Positions 41,718 to 52,144 of a stretch of DNA of 64,000 nucleotides are shown piece after piece. The stretch's first letter is position 1; each line of letters starts with the position of its first letter. Location: NCBI GenBank assembly GCA_902610115.1, contig CACLUK010000004.1, positions 515 to 64,514 on the forward strand, written 5' to 3'. The notes under the pieces were generated by a model, which worked only from the letters and a program-made list of their open reading frames with translations, was not told where the DNA came from and made no database searches. A program made the translations under genes and the position numbers. The DNA comes from an uncultured Pelagibacteraceae bacterium (GTDB lineage Bacteria > Pseudomonadota > Alphaproteobacteria > Pelagibacterales > Pelagibacteraceae).

Positions 41718-42830
41718 ATGCATAAGAGATATATATCTTTGGGATTAATGAGTGGCACATCAGGAGATGGTGTTGATGCGTCATTAATTTATTCGGATGG
41801 AATGGAGGAGTACGAATCAATTAAAGATAAATATTATGAATATGACAATAATATTTATAAACAGTTTCATTCATTGAAGGATAAAATAAACTGTAAAAAA
41901 GATCTTACAAAATTTTCCTCAGAAATATCAGTTTTAGAGCGTGAAATTACCATTTTTCACGCTAAGATAATTAAAGATTTAAATATAAAAGAGGATTTTT
42001 TGGTAGGTTTTCATGGGCAGACTATTTACCATAACTCAGATGAAAAAATTTCAAGTCAATTAGGTGATCCAAAACTTTTATACCAACTTATTCAAAAAAA
42101 AATTGTCAGTAATTTTAGAGATAATGATTTAATGAACGGAGGCGAGGGAGCTCCTTTAGTTCCTATATTTCATCAACTCATTGCAACACAAAATAAAATT
42201 AATCTACCAATATGCATTATGAACATTGGTGGTATATCTAATATAACTATTATTAATAATCCTGTTGGATCAATTGATTTTTTTAGTAAGGATATCGGTC
42301 CTGGGAATTGTCTAATCGATAAATGGGTTAGGGCAAATTCAAAAAATAAATATGATGTTAATGGTAAATTAGCTAGCATTGGAAAAAAGAATGAAATTAT
42401 ATTAGAACAAGCACAAGATCTTTTTTTAAATCGTATAAACAAAAAAAAATCTTTTGATGTGAGCGATTTTGACATTTCATTTGCCCGAGGTCTTTCATTG
42501 GAAGATGGAGCTAAAACTTTAACAGACTTTACAGCAAGATTAATAGCTGATTCTTTATCAGATAATATTTCTAAATATAAATTAATAAAAGATATTATTT
42601 TATGTGGCGGAGGAAGGAAAAATAAAATTTTAATCAATCAAATTCAAAAATATTTAAGTCCTAATTTGAAGCTAAAGCTAATAGATGATTATAAAATTGA
42701 TGGTGACTTTATAGAGTCCCAAGCATTTGGATTTCTTGCTATTAGAACAATTTGTAAATTACCTATTAGTTTTCCGAATACGACAGGCTGCACAAAACCA
42801 ACGATTGGCGGTCAAGTAACTGAAAATTAA
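41718..42830 (+). CDS. anmK: Anhydro-N-acetylmuramic acid kinase
   Basis: GLMSGTSGDGVD, GFHGQT, FR..D...GG.GAPL, NIGGISN, GPGN, CGGGRKN. Confidence 0.93.
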   Translation: MHKRYISLGLMSGTSGDGVDASLIYSDGMEEYESIKDKYYEYDNNIYKQFHSLKDKINCKKDLTKFSSEISVLEREITIFHAKIIKDLNIKEDFLVGFHGQTIYHNSDEKISSQLGDPKLLYQLIQKKIVSNFRDNDLMNGGEGAPLVPIFHQLIATQNKINLPICIMNIGGISNITIINNPVGSIDFFSKDIGPGNCLIDKWVRANSKNKYDVNGKLASIGKKNEIILEQAQDLFLNRINKKKSFDVSDFDISFARGLSLEDGAKTLTDFTARLIADSLSDNISKYKLIKDIILCGGGRKNKILINQIQKYLSPNLKLKLIDDYKIDGDFIESQAFGFLAIRTICKLPISFPNTTGCTKPTIGGQVTEN

Positions 42831-43483
42831 ATGAGAGCTGTTTTATCTTTTAAATATTTTTCAATTTCAATCGATAACTCTTTTTCTTTATTTTTGAAAA
42901 AATGATTTGAACTTTTAATCTTTGAAAATAATACTTCGACACCTTTTTGATTTTTAATTCTATTATCTAGTTCCACAATACTCTCTTTTGTAACCAGTTC
43001 ATCGTTTTCACTATATATAACCTGACCAGAAGTTGGGCATGGAGCCAAAAAAGAAAAATCATATACATTTGGTTGTGGTGAGACTGCTATAAAATTATTT
43101 ACCTCAGGTCTTCTCATAATTAATTGCATGCAAATAAGAGAACCAAATGAGAATCCAGATACCCAACATTGACTGTAGTCTAGATTTTGTCTTTCAATCC
43201 AATCAAGAGCCGCTGCAGCATCTGATAGCTCTCCTTGACCATTGTCAAAAACTCCTTCACTTTTTCCAACTCCTCTAAAATTAACTTTTATTACAGAAAA
43301 TCCATTCTCTAAAAAAATATTATACATAAGTTGTACAATCCTATTATTCATAGTTCCACCATACTGTGGATGAGGATGAAGCACGATGGCAACAGGTGAC
43401 CCAAATTTTGGATTTTTATAATATTTTGCCTCAAGTCTTCCAGCAGGACCAGGGATAAAAATTTCTAAACTTTTTGGCTTCAT
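42827..43483 (-). CDS. Alpha/beta hydrolase (conserved suf-adjacent family)
   Basis: HPHP.YGGTM.N, NFRGVG.SEG, nucleophile elbow GFSFG, NHFF. Confidence 0.9.
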   Translation of the reverse strand: MKPKSLEIFIPGPAGRLEAKYYKNPKFGSPVAIVLHPHPQYGGTMNNRIVQLMYNIFLENGFSVIKVNFRGVGKSEGVFDNGQGELSDAAAALDWIERQNLDYSQCWVSGFSFGSLICMQLIMRRPEVNNFIAVSPQPNVYDFSFLAPCPTSGQVIYSENDELVTKESIVELDNRIKNQKGVEVLFSKIKSSNHFFKNKEKELSIEIEKYLKDKTALI

Positions 43484-43557
43484 AACTGATAATGATTATT
43501 ATTAAAAAAAAAAGTACTGAGTTATAGCATGTTTTTATGCGACAAATATTTTTTTTT

Positions 43558-43582
43558 AATCCTGACTAAATAAGTAGGAATT
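43558..43582. promoter_or_regulatory. IscR type-1 binding site upstream of the iscR-suf operon
   Basis: AATCCTGACTAAATAAGTAGGAATT matches about 18/25 positions of ATASYYGACTRWWWYAGTCRRSTAT. Confidence 0.65.
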
Positions 43583-43614
43583 CGCCAAAAATTATTATAT
43601 TACAACGTTAATTT

Positions 43615-44025
43615 ATGAAACTTACTAATAAAGGTAGATACGCAGTAATGGCTATGGCCGATTTAGCGTCTAACACAAGTAAAGGACCAATTAGTCTTTC
43701 AGAAATTTCTTTAAGACAAAATATATCTTTAGCTTATTTAGAACAAATTTTTTTACAATTAAAAAATAATAGGTTAGTCAAAAGTTCCAGAGGTGCCAAC
43801 GGTGGATATGTTCTAGAAAAACCAGCATCTGAAATTAAATTATCTAATATTATTTATGCTGTTGATGAAGAAGTAAAAACTCTTAATTGTAAAAAAAATT
43901 CGAAACGAGGATGCAATCATAAATCTGTGAAATGTATAACACATAATTTATGGCATCAATTAGATCAACATATCAATGGTTTTTTTGAGAGTGTAAAATT
44001 ACAAGACTTAACTAAAAATAATTAA
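43615..44025 (+). CDS. iscR: Rrf2-family Fe-S regulator IscR
   Basis: MKLT.KGRYAV.AM.DLA, YLEQ, RG..GGY; three Cys plus His (C..C..CITH). Confidence 0.9.
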   Translation: MKLTNKGRYAVMAMADLASNTSKGPISLSEISLRQNISLAYLEQIFLQLKNNRLVKSSRGANGGYVLEKPASEIKLSNIIYAVDEEVKTLNCKKNSKRGCNHKSVKCITHNLWHQLDQHINGFFESVKLQDLTKNN

Positions 44026-44029
44026 ATTT

Positions 44030-45463
44030 ATGAAAAGTGAGGAATTAAAAAATCAAGAATATAAATACGGTTTTACTACTGAGATCGAAAATTTTAAAGC
44101 TCCAAAAGGACTTTCAGAGAAAACTATTAGGTTTATTTCTGAAGTAAAAAAAGAACCTAAATGGATGCTTGATTGGAGATTAAAGGCATTTAACAGATTA
44201 AAGGTTTTAAAAGAGCCTAACTGGCAAAAACCAAAATATCCTAAAATTAATTATCAAGATTTATATTATTATTCAGCTCCAAAAAGCATGAAAGACAAAC
44301 CTAAAAGTTTAGACGATGTAGATCCAAAACTTATTGAAACATATAATAAACTTGGCATTCCTCTCAAAGAACAAAAAAGATTAAGTGGCGTAGCAGTTGA
44401 TGCAGTTTTTGATTCTGTTTCTGTGGCAACCACCTTTAAAGGAGAACTGGATAAAAAGGGGATAATTTTTTGTCCTATTTCTGAAGCTATTCAAAAACAT
44501 CCAGATTTAGTAAAAAAATATTTAGGGTCTGTTATTCCTTTAAGTGATCATTATTTTGCAACGCTTAACTCAGCAGTATTTACAGACGGTTCTTTTGTTT
44601 ACATTCCACCTAATACAAGATGCCCAATGGAGCTTTCTACCTATTTTAGAATAAACGCATCAGAAACAGGTCAATTCGAAAGAACTTTAATTATCGCAGA
44701 CAAAGGTAGTTACGTAAGTTATTTAGAGGGTTGTACAGCTCCAATGAGAGACGAAAATCAATTACACGCAGCTAATGTGGAATTAGTTGCTTTAGATGAC
44801 GCAGAAATAAAATATTCAACTGTTCAAAATTGGTATCCTGGAGACAAAGACGGGGTTGGTGGAATTTATAATTTTGTAACCAAGAGAGGTGCATGCAGAG
44901 GCAGAAATTCAAAAATTTCATGGACCCAAGTAGAGACTGGCTCCGCGATAACTTGGAAATACCCAAGCTGCATTTTACAGGGAGATAATTCCGTAGGTGA
45001 ATTTTACTCAATTGCTATAACTAATAATTATCAGAAAGCAGACACTGGAACCAAAATGATTCATTTAGGCAAAAATACAAAGAGTAAAATCATTTCTAAA
45101 GGAATTTCTGCTGGACAAGCTGATAATACATATAGAGGTCTTGTAGATATTGGACCAAAGGCTAAAAATTCCAGAAATTATACCCAATGTGACTCATTAT
45201 TGATGGGCAATAAATGCGGGGCACATACCGTTCCATATTTAAGAAATAAAAACTCATCCTCGACAATTGAGCATGAAGCTACGACATCTAAAATAAACGA
45301 GGACCAATTATTTTATTGCAATCAAAGAGGCTTAAACCAGGAAGAAGCAGTGAGTCTTATCGTAAATGGTTTCTGTAAAGAAGTATTACAGCAACTTCCC
45401 ATGGAATTTGCAGTTGAGGCACAAAAATTAGTTTCTATTAGTTTAGAAGGGAGCGTCGGATAA
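44030..45463 (+). CDS. sufB: Fe-S scaffold SufB
   Basis: [36 protein letters not shown]. Confidence 0.97.
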   Translation: MKSEELKNQEYKYGFTTEIENFKAPKGLSEKTIRFISEVKKEPKWMLDWRLKAFNRLKVLKEPNWQKPKYPKINYQDLYYYSAPKSMKDKPKSLDDVDPKLIETYNKLGIPLKEQKRLSGVAVDAVFDSVSVATTFKGELDKKGIIFCPISEAIQKHPDLVKKYLGSVIPLSDHYFATLNSAVFTDGSFVYIPPNTRCPMELSTYFRINASETGQFERTLIIADKGSYVSYLEGCTAPMRDENQLHAANVELVALDDAEIKYSTVQNWYPGDKDGVGGIYNFVTKRGACRGRNSKISWTQVETGSAITWKYPSCILQGDNSVGEFYSIAITNNYQKADTGTKMIHLGKNTKSKIISKGISAGQADNTYRGLVDIGPKAKNSRNYTQCDSLLMGNKCGAHTVPYLRNKNSSSTIEHEATTSKINEDQLFYCNQRGLNQEEAVSLIVNGFCKEVLQQLPMEFAVEAQKLVSISLEGSVG

Positions 45464-46197
45464 TGTTACAATTGCAAAATCTCAAGGCTTCAGTGAATGA
45501 TAAGTCAATTTTAAATGGATTAAACTTAGAAATCAAATCTGGAGAGGTCCATGCTATCATGGGGCCAAACGGATCGGGAAAAAGTACTTTAGCAAATATT
45601 TTATCTGGTAAAAGTGGATACGATGTAAGTGGAACTTTAAAATATGAGGGCAAAAACTTACAGGAAATTCCTATCGAAGAGCGCGCTCAAAAAGGAATTT
45701 TTTTAGCTTTTCAATATCCTTTAGAAATACCAGGTGTTAATACAACTAATTTTCTCAAAACTTCGTTAAATTCGATTAGAAAAGCTAAAGGTGAAAAAGA
45801 ATTAGATACATTAAATCTTTTAAAATTAATTAAAAAAAAAGCCACTGAATTGAACATCGATGAAAAATTTTTATCTAGGCAATTGAATGTAGGGTTTTCA
45901 GGAGGGGAGAAAAAGAAAAATGAAATACTTCAAATGAAACTCTTGGAGCCCAAATTAGCCATCTTGGATGAAACAGACTCAGGCTTAGATATAGATGCAT
46001 TAAGAATTGTCGCTGATGGGGTAAACTCTCACAAAAATAAGAACAATGCATTTCTAATTATTACACATTATCAAAGACTACTTGATTATATTAAACCAGA
46101 TTTCATTCACGTGTTGTCAAAAGGTAAGATTATTAAAACAGGATGTGCCGAATTAGGTCAAGAACTAGAAAAAACAGGTTATGAAAATTTAAAATAA
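45463..46197 (+). CDS. sufC: Fe-S assembly ATPase SufC
   Basis: GPNGSGKST, FSGGEKK, LDETDSGLDID. Confidence 0.97.
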   Translation: MLQLQNLKASVNDKSILNGLNLEIKSGEVHAIMGPNGSGKSTLANILSGKSGYDVSGTLKYEGKNLQEIPIEERAQKGIFLAFQYPLEIPGVNTTNFLKTSLNSIRKAKGEKELDTLNLLKLIKKKATELNIDEKFLSRQLNVGFSGGEKKKNEILQMKLLEPKLAILDETDSGLDIDALRIVADGVNSHKNKNNAFLIITHYQRLLDYIKPDFIHVLSKGKIIKTGCAELGQELEKTGYENLK

Positions 46198-47441
46198 TGG
46201 AACAATTATTCAATATAGATTTTAAAAGAATAAATTCCTCGAATGATAAAGAGTCAGAGGATAGAAAAAAAAATTTTGAACTATTTTTAAAAGAAGGTTT
46301 TCCGAATAAAAAAAATGAAAATTGGAAATTTTCTGATCTAAATTATATAATTACTAAAAATTTCAAAAATATCACAAATAACGTTGATTACAAATTTCAT
46401 GAAAAAATTGAGTCAATCCATGACTTTGACCATAATAAAGTTATTCTTGTAAATGGATCGTTGAAATCTAGCGATTTAAATTTTGAGGAAAAAGGAAAAG
46501 TAAAAATTGAAACTTTAAAATCACTTGAGGGCTTTCATCATCAGTTAAATAATAATCTTGATTATCTTAATAAAGCTTTATCAATTGGCGGGTTTAACTT
46601 GGAAGTTCAACAAAACTACAAATGTAAAAAACCAATAATAATTTATAATTATTTTACTGCAAACTTAGATAACAAGATTATTAATAACACAAATAAGATA
46701 AAAGTAAGCCAAAACTCCGAACTAACTTTAATTGAGTATAATATAAGTGAAAAAAGCAAATTTATAAAAAATACCTTTGAAAAAATTAATATTGATAGAG
46801 GTGCAGTGTTAAAAAATATTGTTTTACAAAGAACAAAATGCAACGGCTATTTTTATAAGAGTATTTCTGGAATACAAGATTTTAACTCGAGTTATCAAAA
46901 TTTCATATTAAGTTCAGGACTTAAATTTAATAAAATTGAGATTGATATGATCCTGAAAAAAGAGAAAAGTAGTTGTCATATTTTATCTGGATTAAATTTA
47001 AGCAAAGAGGAACATCAGGAAATTAAAACTCAAATTAATCATTTGGCACCAAATTGTAAAAGTTATCAAAAAATTAAAAACGTTTTAGAAAGTGATAGCA
47101 AGGGAGTTTATCAAGGAAAAATATTTGTTAAAGATATTGCTCAAAAAACAGATGCATATCAACTAAGCAAAGCTTTAATTTTAAATGACCAAGCTGAATT
47201 CAATGCTAAGCCAGAGTTGGAAATTTATGCTGATGATGTTAAATGTTCTCATGGGTCTTCTTCTGGCAGCTTAGATGAGGAAGCTATACATTATTTAATG
47301 ACTAGAGGAATTGAATTAAAGGCAGCAAAAAAACTTTTGATTAAAGGTTTTCTTAATGAAATTTTTGAAAACATACCTGAAGAGAAAATTAGAACTTTTT
47401 TAGAAAAAAGCATAGCGGTGCAGATTGATGAAATTCAATAA
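46197..47441 (+). CDS. sufD: Fe-S assembly protein SufD
   Basis: P..K.E.WKF, KPELEIYADDVKCSHG, YLMTRGI. Confidence 0.93.
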   Translation: MEQLFNIDFKRINSSNDKESEDRKKNFELFLKEGFPNKKNENWKFSDLNYIITKNFKNITNNVDYKFHEKIESIHDFDHNKVILVNGSLKSSDLNFEEKGKVKIETLKSLEGFHHQLNNNLDYLNKALSIGGFNLEVQQNYKCKKPIIIYNYFTANLDNKIINNTNKIKVSQNSELTLIEYNISEKSKFIKNTFEKINIDRGAVLKNIVLQRTKCNGYFYKSISGIQDFNSSYQNFILSSGLKFNKIEIDMILKKEKSSCHILSGLNLSKEEHQEIKTQINHLAPNCKSYQKIKNVLESDSKGVYQGKIFVKDIAQKTDAYQLSKALILNDQAEFNAKPELEIYADDVKCSHGSSSGSLDEEAIHYLMTRGIELKAAKKLLIKGFLNEIFENIPEEKIRTFLEKSIAVQIDEIQ

Positions 47442-48645
47442 TATAAAATCAAAATTTCCAATTTTTAAACAAAAGATCAAAGGCAAACCATTAATTTACT
47501 TGGATAGTGCTAATTCTTCACAAAAACCAAAAGAAGTCATAGATGAGATGTCCAGGTTTTATGAAACTGAATTTTCAAATGTAGGAAGAAGCGTACATAC
47601 TTTAGCAGTTAAAGCTACAAATAAATTTGAGGAAACTAGAGATATAGTAAAATCTTATGTTAACGCTCAATATAGAGAAGAAATAATTTTTACAAAAGGA
47701 GCTACAGAAGCAATTAATTTAGTTGCTAGCACTTACGGAGATAAATTTATTAAAGAAGGCGATGAAATTCTTGTGACTGAGTTAGAGCATCATTCAAATT
47801 ATGTACCTTGGCATTATTTAAGAAAAAAAAAGGGAGCAGTAATAAAATTCGCTTCTGTAAATGAAAATGGAGAAATAGATATTGATGAGTTTAAAAAACA
47901 AATTACTGAAAAAACTAAGATGATTGCTTTTACTCATATTTCAAATGTAACGGGAGCTATTATGCCAATTAAAAAGGTTACAGATTTAGCAAATTCAAAA
48001 AACATTCCGGTTTTAATTGACGGGACGCAGGGTGCACCTCACTCAGTTCTAGACGTACAAGATTTAGGTTGTGATTTTTATGCTATTTCTTGTCATAAAA
48101 TGTATGGCCCAAATGGATTAGGAATTCTATATGCTAAAAAAAAATGGGTAGATGAATTGCCTCCTTATCAAGGAGGTGGAGGAATGATTAATGAGGTAAA
48201 AAAGAATGAAATCACTTACGCTGACTCGCCTAATAAATTTGAAGCAGGAACAATGCAAACTGCAGAGGTAGTAGCTTTCGCAAAATCAATAAAGTTTATT
48301 CAAGATTTTGGAATAAAAAACATTGAAAAACATGAAAGTCAAATTCTTGAGTATGGTTTAGAAAAATTAAGAAAAGACAATTCTGTCAAAATTATTGGCA
48401 ATCCAAAAAATAGAGCATCTATAATTTCTTTCACAATAAATGGAATTCATCCTCATGACATAGCTACAATTTTAGATAATGATGGTGTTGCAATTCGAGC
48501 TGGCCATCATTGTTGTCAAATTTTACATGATAAATTAGGCATTCCTGCTTCTGCAAGAGCTTCAATTGGAGTTTATAACAACAAAGAGGATATTGATGTT
48601 TTGAGCGAGTCAATTAAAAAATGTAAGAAAGTATTTCAGATTTAA
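47428..48645 (+). CDS. sufS: SufS cysteine desulfurase
   Basis: YLDSA.SSQKP, EHHSN, SCHKMYGP, HPHD, RAGHHC. Confidence 0.95.
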   Translation: MKFNNIKSKFPIFKQKIKGKPLIYLDSANSSQKPKEVIDEMSRFYETEFSNVGRSVHTLAVKATNKFEETRDIVKSYVNAQYREEIIFTKGATEAINLVASTYGDKFIKEGDEILVTELEHHSNYVPWHYLRKKKGAVIKFASVNENGEIDIDEFKKQITEKTKMIAFTHISNVTGAIMPIKKVTDLANSKNIPVLIDGTQGAPHSVLDVQDLGCDFYAISCHKMYGPNGLGILYAKKKWVDELPPYQGGGGMINEVKKNEITYADSPNKFEAGTMQTAEVVAFAKSIKFIQDFGIKNIEKHESQILEYGLEKLRKDNSVKIIGNPKNRASIISFTINGIHPHDIATILDNDGVAIRAGHHCCQILHDKLGIPASARASIGVYNNKEDIDVLSESIKKCKKVFQI

Positions 48646-49095
48646 ATGGAACTAAAAGAATTATATCAAGAAATTATTTTAGATCACGCAAAGAACCCTA
48701 GAAATAAAGGCAAATGCGAAGGATATAATCATGATGCCAAAGCACACAATCCTCTTTGCGGAGATAAAGTTCATATTTATTTAAAATTAGACAAAGATAA
48801 AAGTATTTCAGGTCTAAGTTTTGAAGGCGAAGGATGTGCTATATCTTTGGCATCAGCCTCAATTCTAACAGATACTTTAAAAGGTAGAGATTTACAATTC
48901 TCAAAAAAAGTAACCGACGACTTTTTAAATATGTTAAAAAATAAATCAAAAATCACTTTAAATAGCTTATCAGAAGATCAAATAACAACCATATCCTCTC
49001 TATCAGGAGTTCAGGAATTTCCAATGAGAATAAAATGTGCTACCATGGCATGGCACACACTTCTATCGGCGCTTGAAAAAAAAGGTTCAAAATAA
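48646..49095 (+). CDS. sufU: SufU-type sulfur-transfer protein
   Basis: LYQEIILDH..NPRN, NPLCGD, GCAIS, RIKCA, with the SufU-type insertion before the third Cys. Confidence 0.88.
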   Translation: MELKELYQEIILDHAKNPRNKGKCEGYNHDAKAHNPLCGDKVHIYLKLDKDKSISGLSFEGEGCAISLASASILTDTLKGRDLQFSKKVTDDFLNMLKNKSKITLNSLSEDQITTISSLSGVQEFPMRIKCATMAWHTLLSALEKKGSK

Positions 49096-49097
49096 TA

Positions 49098-49400
49098 ATG
49101 AGTGAGTTGAAAGAAAAAATTATTACTGAAATCAAAAAAATTTATGATCCAGAAATTCCAGTTAATATTTATGAATTGGGTTTAATATATAAAATCGAAA
49201 TTATTGAGGAAAATAAAGTTATTATCGAAATGACATTAACTTCACCCAATTGTCCTGTCGCTGAAAGTTTGCCAAACTCAGTTAAAGAGAATATATTAAA
49301 GATTGAGGGTATAAATAATGTTGATTTAAAATTAGTTTGGGATCCTCCATGGACAAAAGATAAAATGTCTGAAGCAGCAAAACTTGAATTAAATTTATGA
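49098..49400 (+). CDS. sufT: SufT (DUF59) Fe-S assembly protein
   Basis: DPEIPVNIYELGLIY, MTLTSPNCP, WDPPW. Confidence 0.88.
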   Translation: MSELKEKIITEIKKIYDPEIPVNIYELGLIYKIEIIEENKVIIEMTLTSPNCPVAESLPNSVKENILKIEGINNVDLKLVWDPPWTKDKMSEAAKLELNL

Positions 49401-49732
49401 GTGAGCAAGTAATTAAACTTAGTGACAACGCAGCTGAAAGAATTAAACATATTATGTCTAAAGCTGAACAATCCGCGGTAGGTGTCAGAGTTGGTGTAAA
49501 ATCAGGCGGATGTGCTGGAATGTCTTATGTAATGGAGTATGCAAAAGAAATAAAGCCAAATGAAGAGATAATAGAGGAAAAGGGAGTTAAAGTTTTTATA
49601 GATCCAAAAGCTATAATTTATTTGTTAGGGACAGAGATGGATTATAAGGAGGATAAATTCTCTTCTCAATTTGTTTTTAAAAATCCAAATGAAACTGAGA
49701 GATGCGGTTGTGGAGAGTCTTTTAAAATTTAA
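49397..49732 (+). CDS. sufA: A-type Fe-S carrier (SufA/IscA)
   Basis: GGCAG.SY and CGCGESF. Confidence 0.9.
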   Translation: MSEQVIKLSDNAAERIKHIMSKAEQSAVGVRVGVKSGGCAGMSYVMEYAKEIKPNEEIIEEKGVKVFIDPKAIIYLLGTEMDYKEDKFSSQFVFKNPNETERCGCGESFKI

Positions 49733-51135
49733 CCACTATAATACATCTCAAATTCAATTGGATGAGGTGTATGCTCAAAATTATAGATTTCCTGAAATTT
49801 TAATTCAATGTAGGCATCAATTTGATCATCTGTAAAAACACCGCCTTCAGTTAAGAATTTTCTATCCTTATCAAGGTTCTGCATAGCCTCTCTCAAAGAG
49901 CCACAAACTGTCGGAAGTTTTTTTACTTCATCTTCAGATAAAGAATATAAATCTTGATCAAATGGTTTACCAGGATCTATCTTGTTTTTTATTCCATCTA
50001 TACCCGCCATCAACATAGAAGCAAAAGTTAAGTAAGGGTTTCCAGCTGCGTCTGGAAATCTTATTTCCATTCTTGCTGCTTTTGGATTCATTATAACCGG
50101 AATTCTACAAGAAGCAGATCTATTTCTAGCTGAGTAAGCTAAGATGACAGGAGCCTCAAATCCTGGAATTAATCTTTTGTAACTATTTGTTGTAGCATTA
50201 GCAAACGCGTTTATTGCTCTGGCGTGTTTTAAAATTCCTCCGATATAATAAAGTGCCTCTTTTGAAAGTCCTGCGTACTCTTTTCCCATAAATAGTGGAG
50301 TACTGCCTTTCCATATTGATTGGTGGCAATGCATACCAGATCCATTATCACCCTTAACTGGCTTAGGCATAAAAGTTGCAGTCTTCCCGAACGAATGAGT
50401 TACCATCTGGACGGCATATTTATATAACTGAACATTATCTGCTTGATTTGTTAATGTTCCAAAATACATTCCCAACTCATGCTGACTTGGAGCAACCTCG
50501 TGGTGATGCTTCTCTACTTTTACGCCCATATCTTTTAAAGCTTTTAAATATTCACCTCTCATGTCTTGAGCGCTATCTACCGGAGGAACTGGAAAATAGC
50601 CTCCTTTAATTCCAGGTCTGTGTCCCATGTTACCGTTTTCATATTTTTTGCCAGTATTGTATGGTCCTTCCGAACTGTCTATTGTAAAGCTCGTTTCGTT
50701 CATATCATTTTTAAATCTAACATCATCAAAGACAAAGAATTCTGGTTCAGGTCCAAAATAAGATTTGTCACCAATACCTGTTTTTTTTAAGTATGCTTCT
50801 GCTTTTTTTGCTGTTCCTCTTGGATCTCTTTCGTAGGGATCTTTTTTTACTGCATCCAAAATATCACAAAAAATATTAAGAGTTGTGTGAGAATTAAATG
50901 GATCAATTATTGGTTTATCCAAATCTGGTTTTAAAATCATATCTGACTCGTTTATAGCTTTCCAACCTGCAATTGAAGAACCATCAAAAAAAACTCCTTT
51001 GTCGAGCATATCCTCGTCCACAACAGTCGCGTCAATTGTTAAATGTTGCAGCTTACCTTTGGGATCTGTGAATCTTAGGTCAACAAACTCGACTTGTTTG
51101 TCTTTCATAAGTTTAAGAATGTTTTTAGAACTCAT
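49729..51135 (-). CDS. glnA: Glutamine synthetase type I
   Basis: VDLRFTD, FDGSSI.GW, HHEVA, FMPKP..GDNGSGMH, RLIPGFEAP; strong SD AAGGAG. Confidence 0.97.
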   Translation of the reverse strand: MSSKNILKLMKDKQVEFVDLRFTDPKGKLQHLTIDATVVDEDMLDKGVFFDGSSIAGWKAINESDMILKPDLDKPIIDPFNSHTTLNIFCDILDAVKKDPYERDPRGTAKKAEAYLKKTGIGDKSYFGPEPEFFVFDDVRFKNDMNETSFTIDSSEGPYNTGKKYENGNMGHRPGIKGGYFPVPPVDSAQDMRGEYLKALKDMGVKVEKHHHEVAPSQHELGMYFGTLTNQADNVQLYKYAVQMVTHSFGKTATFMPKPVKGDNGSGMHCHQSIWKGSTPLFMGKEYAGLSKEALYYIGGILKHARAINAFANATTNSYKRLIPGFEAPVILAYSARNRSASCRIPVIMNPKAARMEIRFPDAAGNPYLTFASMLMAGIDGIKNKIDPGKPFDQDLYSLSEDEVKKLPTVCGSLREAMQNLDKDRKFLTEGGVFTDDQIDAYIELKFQEIYNFEHTPHPIEFEMYYSG

Positions 51136-51256
51136 TTATTCTCCTTAAAAATTTGTTTTAATTTTGACCTGAACATATATAAGGAACTTTTTTATAGTAA
51201 TATTAAAAATATATACCAGCTATGCAATTATTACATATATACAATTTAAACTTGAA

Positions 51257-52144
51257 ATGAGAGAAGCAAATACATTTGATTTATCACTTTTAATTTTGTT
51301 AGCTATTATTTGGGGATCCTCATTTTTTAATATAAAGATAGCAACTTATTCTTACGATCCAATTACACTCGCGCTTGTAAGAGTTATTTTTGCTAGCATA
51401 CCCCTTTTACTTATATGCAAATTAAGGAAAATAAAGATTGAAGCTTTTACAGAAAACTGGAAATGGTATGCATTGATTGGATTGTTTAATATCGCTATAC
51501 CATTTGTATTAATAGCAATCGGAACTGCAAAAATTAATAGTTATCTTGCTGCAATTTTAATGAGCACTACCCCTCTAAGCGGATCTATTTTAGCACATTT
51601 TTTTACGAGAGATGAAAAATTGTCTTTTTACAAATCAACTGGAGTTTTAATAGGCTTTGCTGGAATTATATTATTATTTTTTGATAGGGTAATAATAAAT
51701 AGTGAAAATTACATTTATGCTTTAATTACTATTTTAGGCTCCACATTCTATTGTATTGGTGGTTTACTAACTTTAAAACTCAAGAACAAAAAAAACGAGA
51801 ATGTAACTACCTCTACTACCCTTTGGTCTGTTCTTTTTTTACTCCCATTTTCTTTAATTTTGGAGAGCCCATGGAACTCTGAGCCAACAATAGCCTCAAC
51901 TCTGTCTTTATTGTATTTAGGAGTTGTCGCAACAGGGTTTGCATGGTTAATCAGATTTAGAATATTAACAGTAAATGGTTTGGTATTTCAAACACAAGTA
52001 GCTTATTTGATACCTATATTTGGAATAATTTTTGGATATTTTCTAATGAACGAAATAATAACATGGAGAGTCTTAGTATCATTAGTTATAATTCTAATTG
52101 GAATATATATTTTTAAAAAAAACAATAAAACAATAGAGAATTAA
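51257..52144 (+). CDS. EamA/DMT family transporter
   Basis: About 10 TM segments in two repeats; IWGSSF. Confidence 0.88.
   Translation: MREANTFDLSLLILLAIIWGSSFFNIKIATYSYDPITLALVRVIFASIPLLLICKLRKIKIEAFTENWKWYALIGLFNIAIPFVLIAIGTAKINSYLAAILMSTTPLSGSILAHFFTRDEKLSFYKSTGVLIGFAGIILLFFDRVIINSENYIYALITILGSTFYCIGGLLTLKLKNKKNENVTTSTTLWSVLFLLPFSLILESPWNSEPTIASTLSLLYLGVVATGFAWLIRFRILTVNGLVFQTQVAYLIPIFGIIFGYFLMNEIITWRVLVSLVIILIGIYIFKKNNKTIEN

Noticed and set aside
41660-41758. Extended tyrS start overlapping anmK; similarly the GT17 extension 59995-60063 and rsmA extension 14318-14347
   Set aside because: These extensions lack family similarity and overlap neighbouring genes; downstream ATGs match the family N-termini.
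42173-42637. Antisense and nested ORFs of 60-154 aa (e.g. 42173-42637, 25749-26111, 39495-39836, 49169-49471, 54558-54863)
   Set aside because: They lie wholly on or opposite well-supported genes and have the Phe/Ile/Leu/Ser-rich composition expected from reverse-complemented Lys/Asn/Glu codons, with no motifs.
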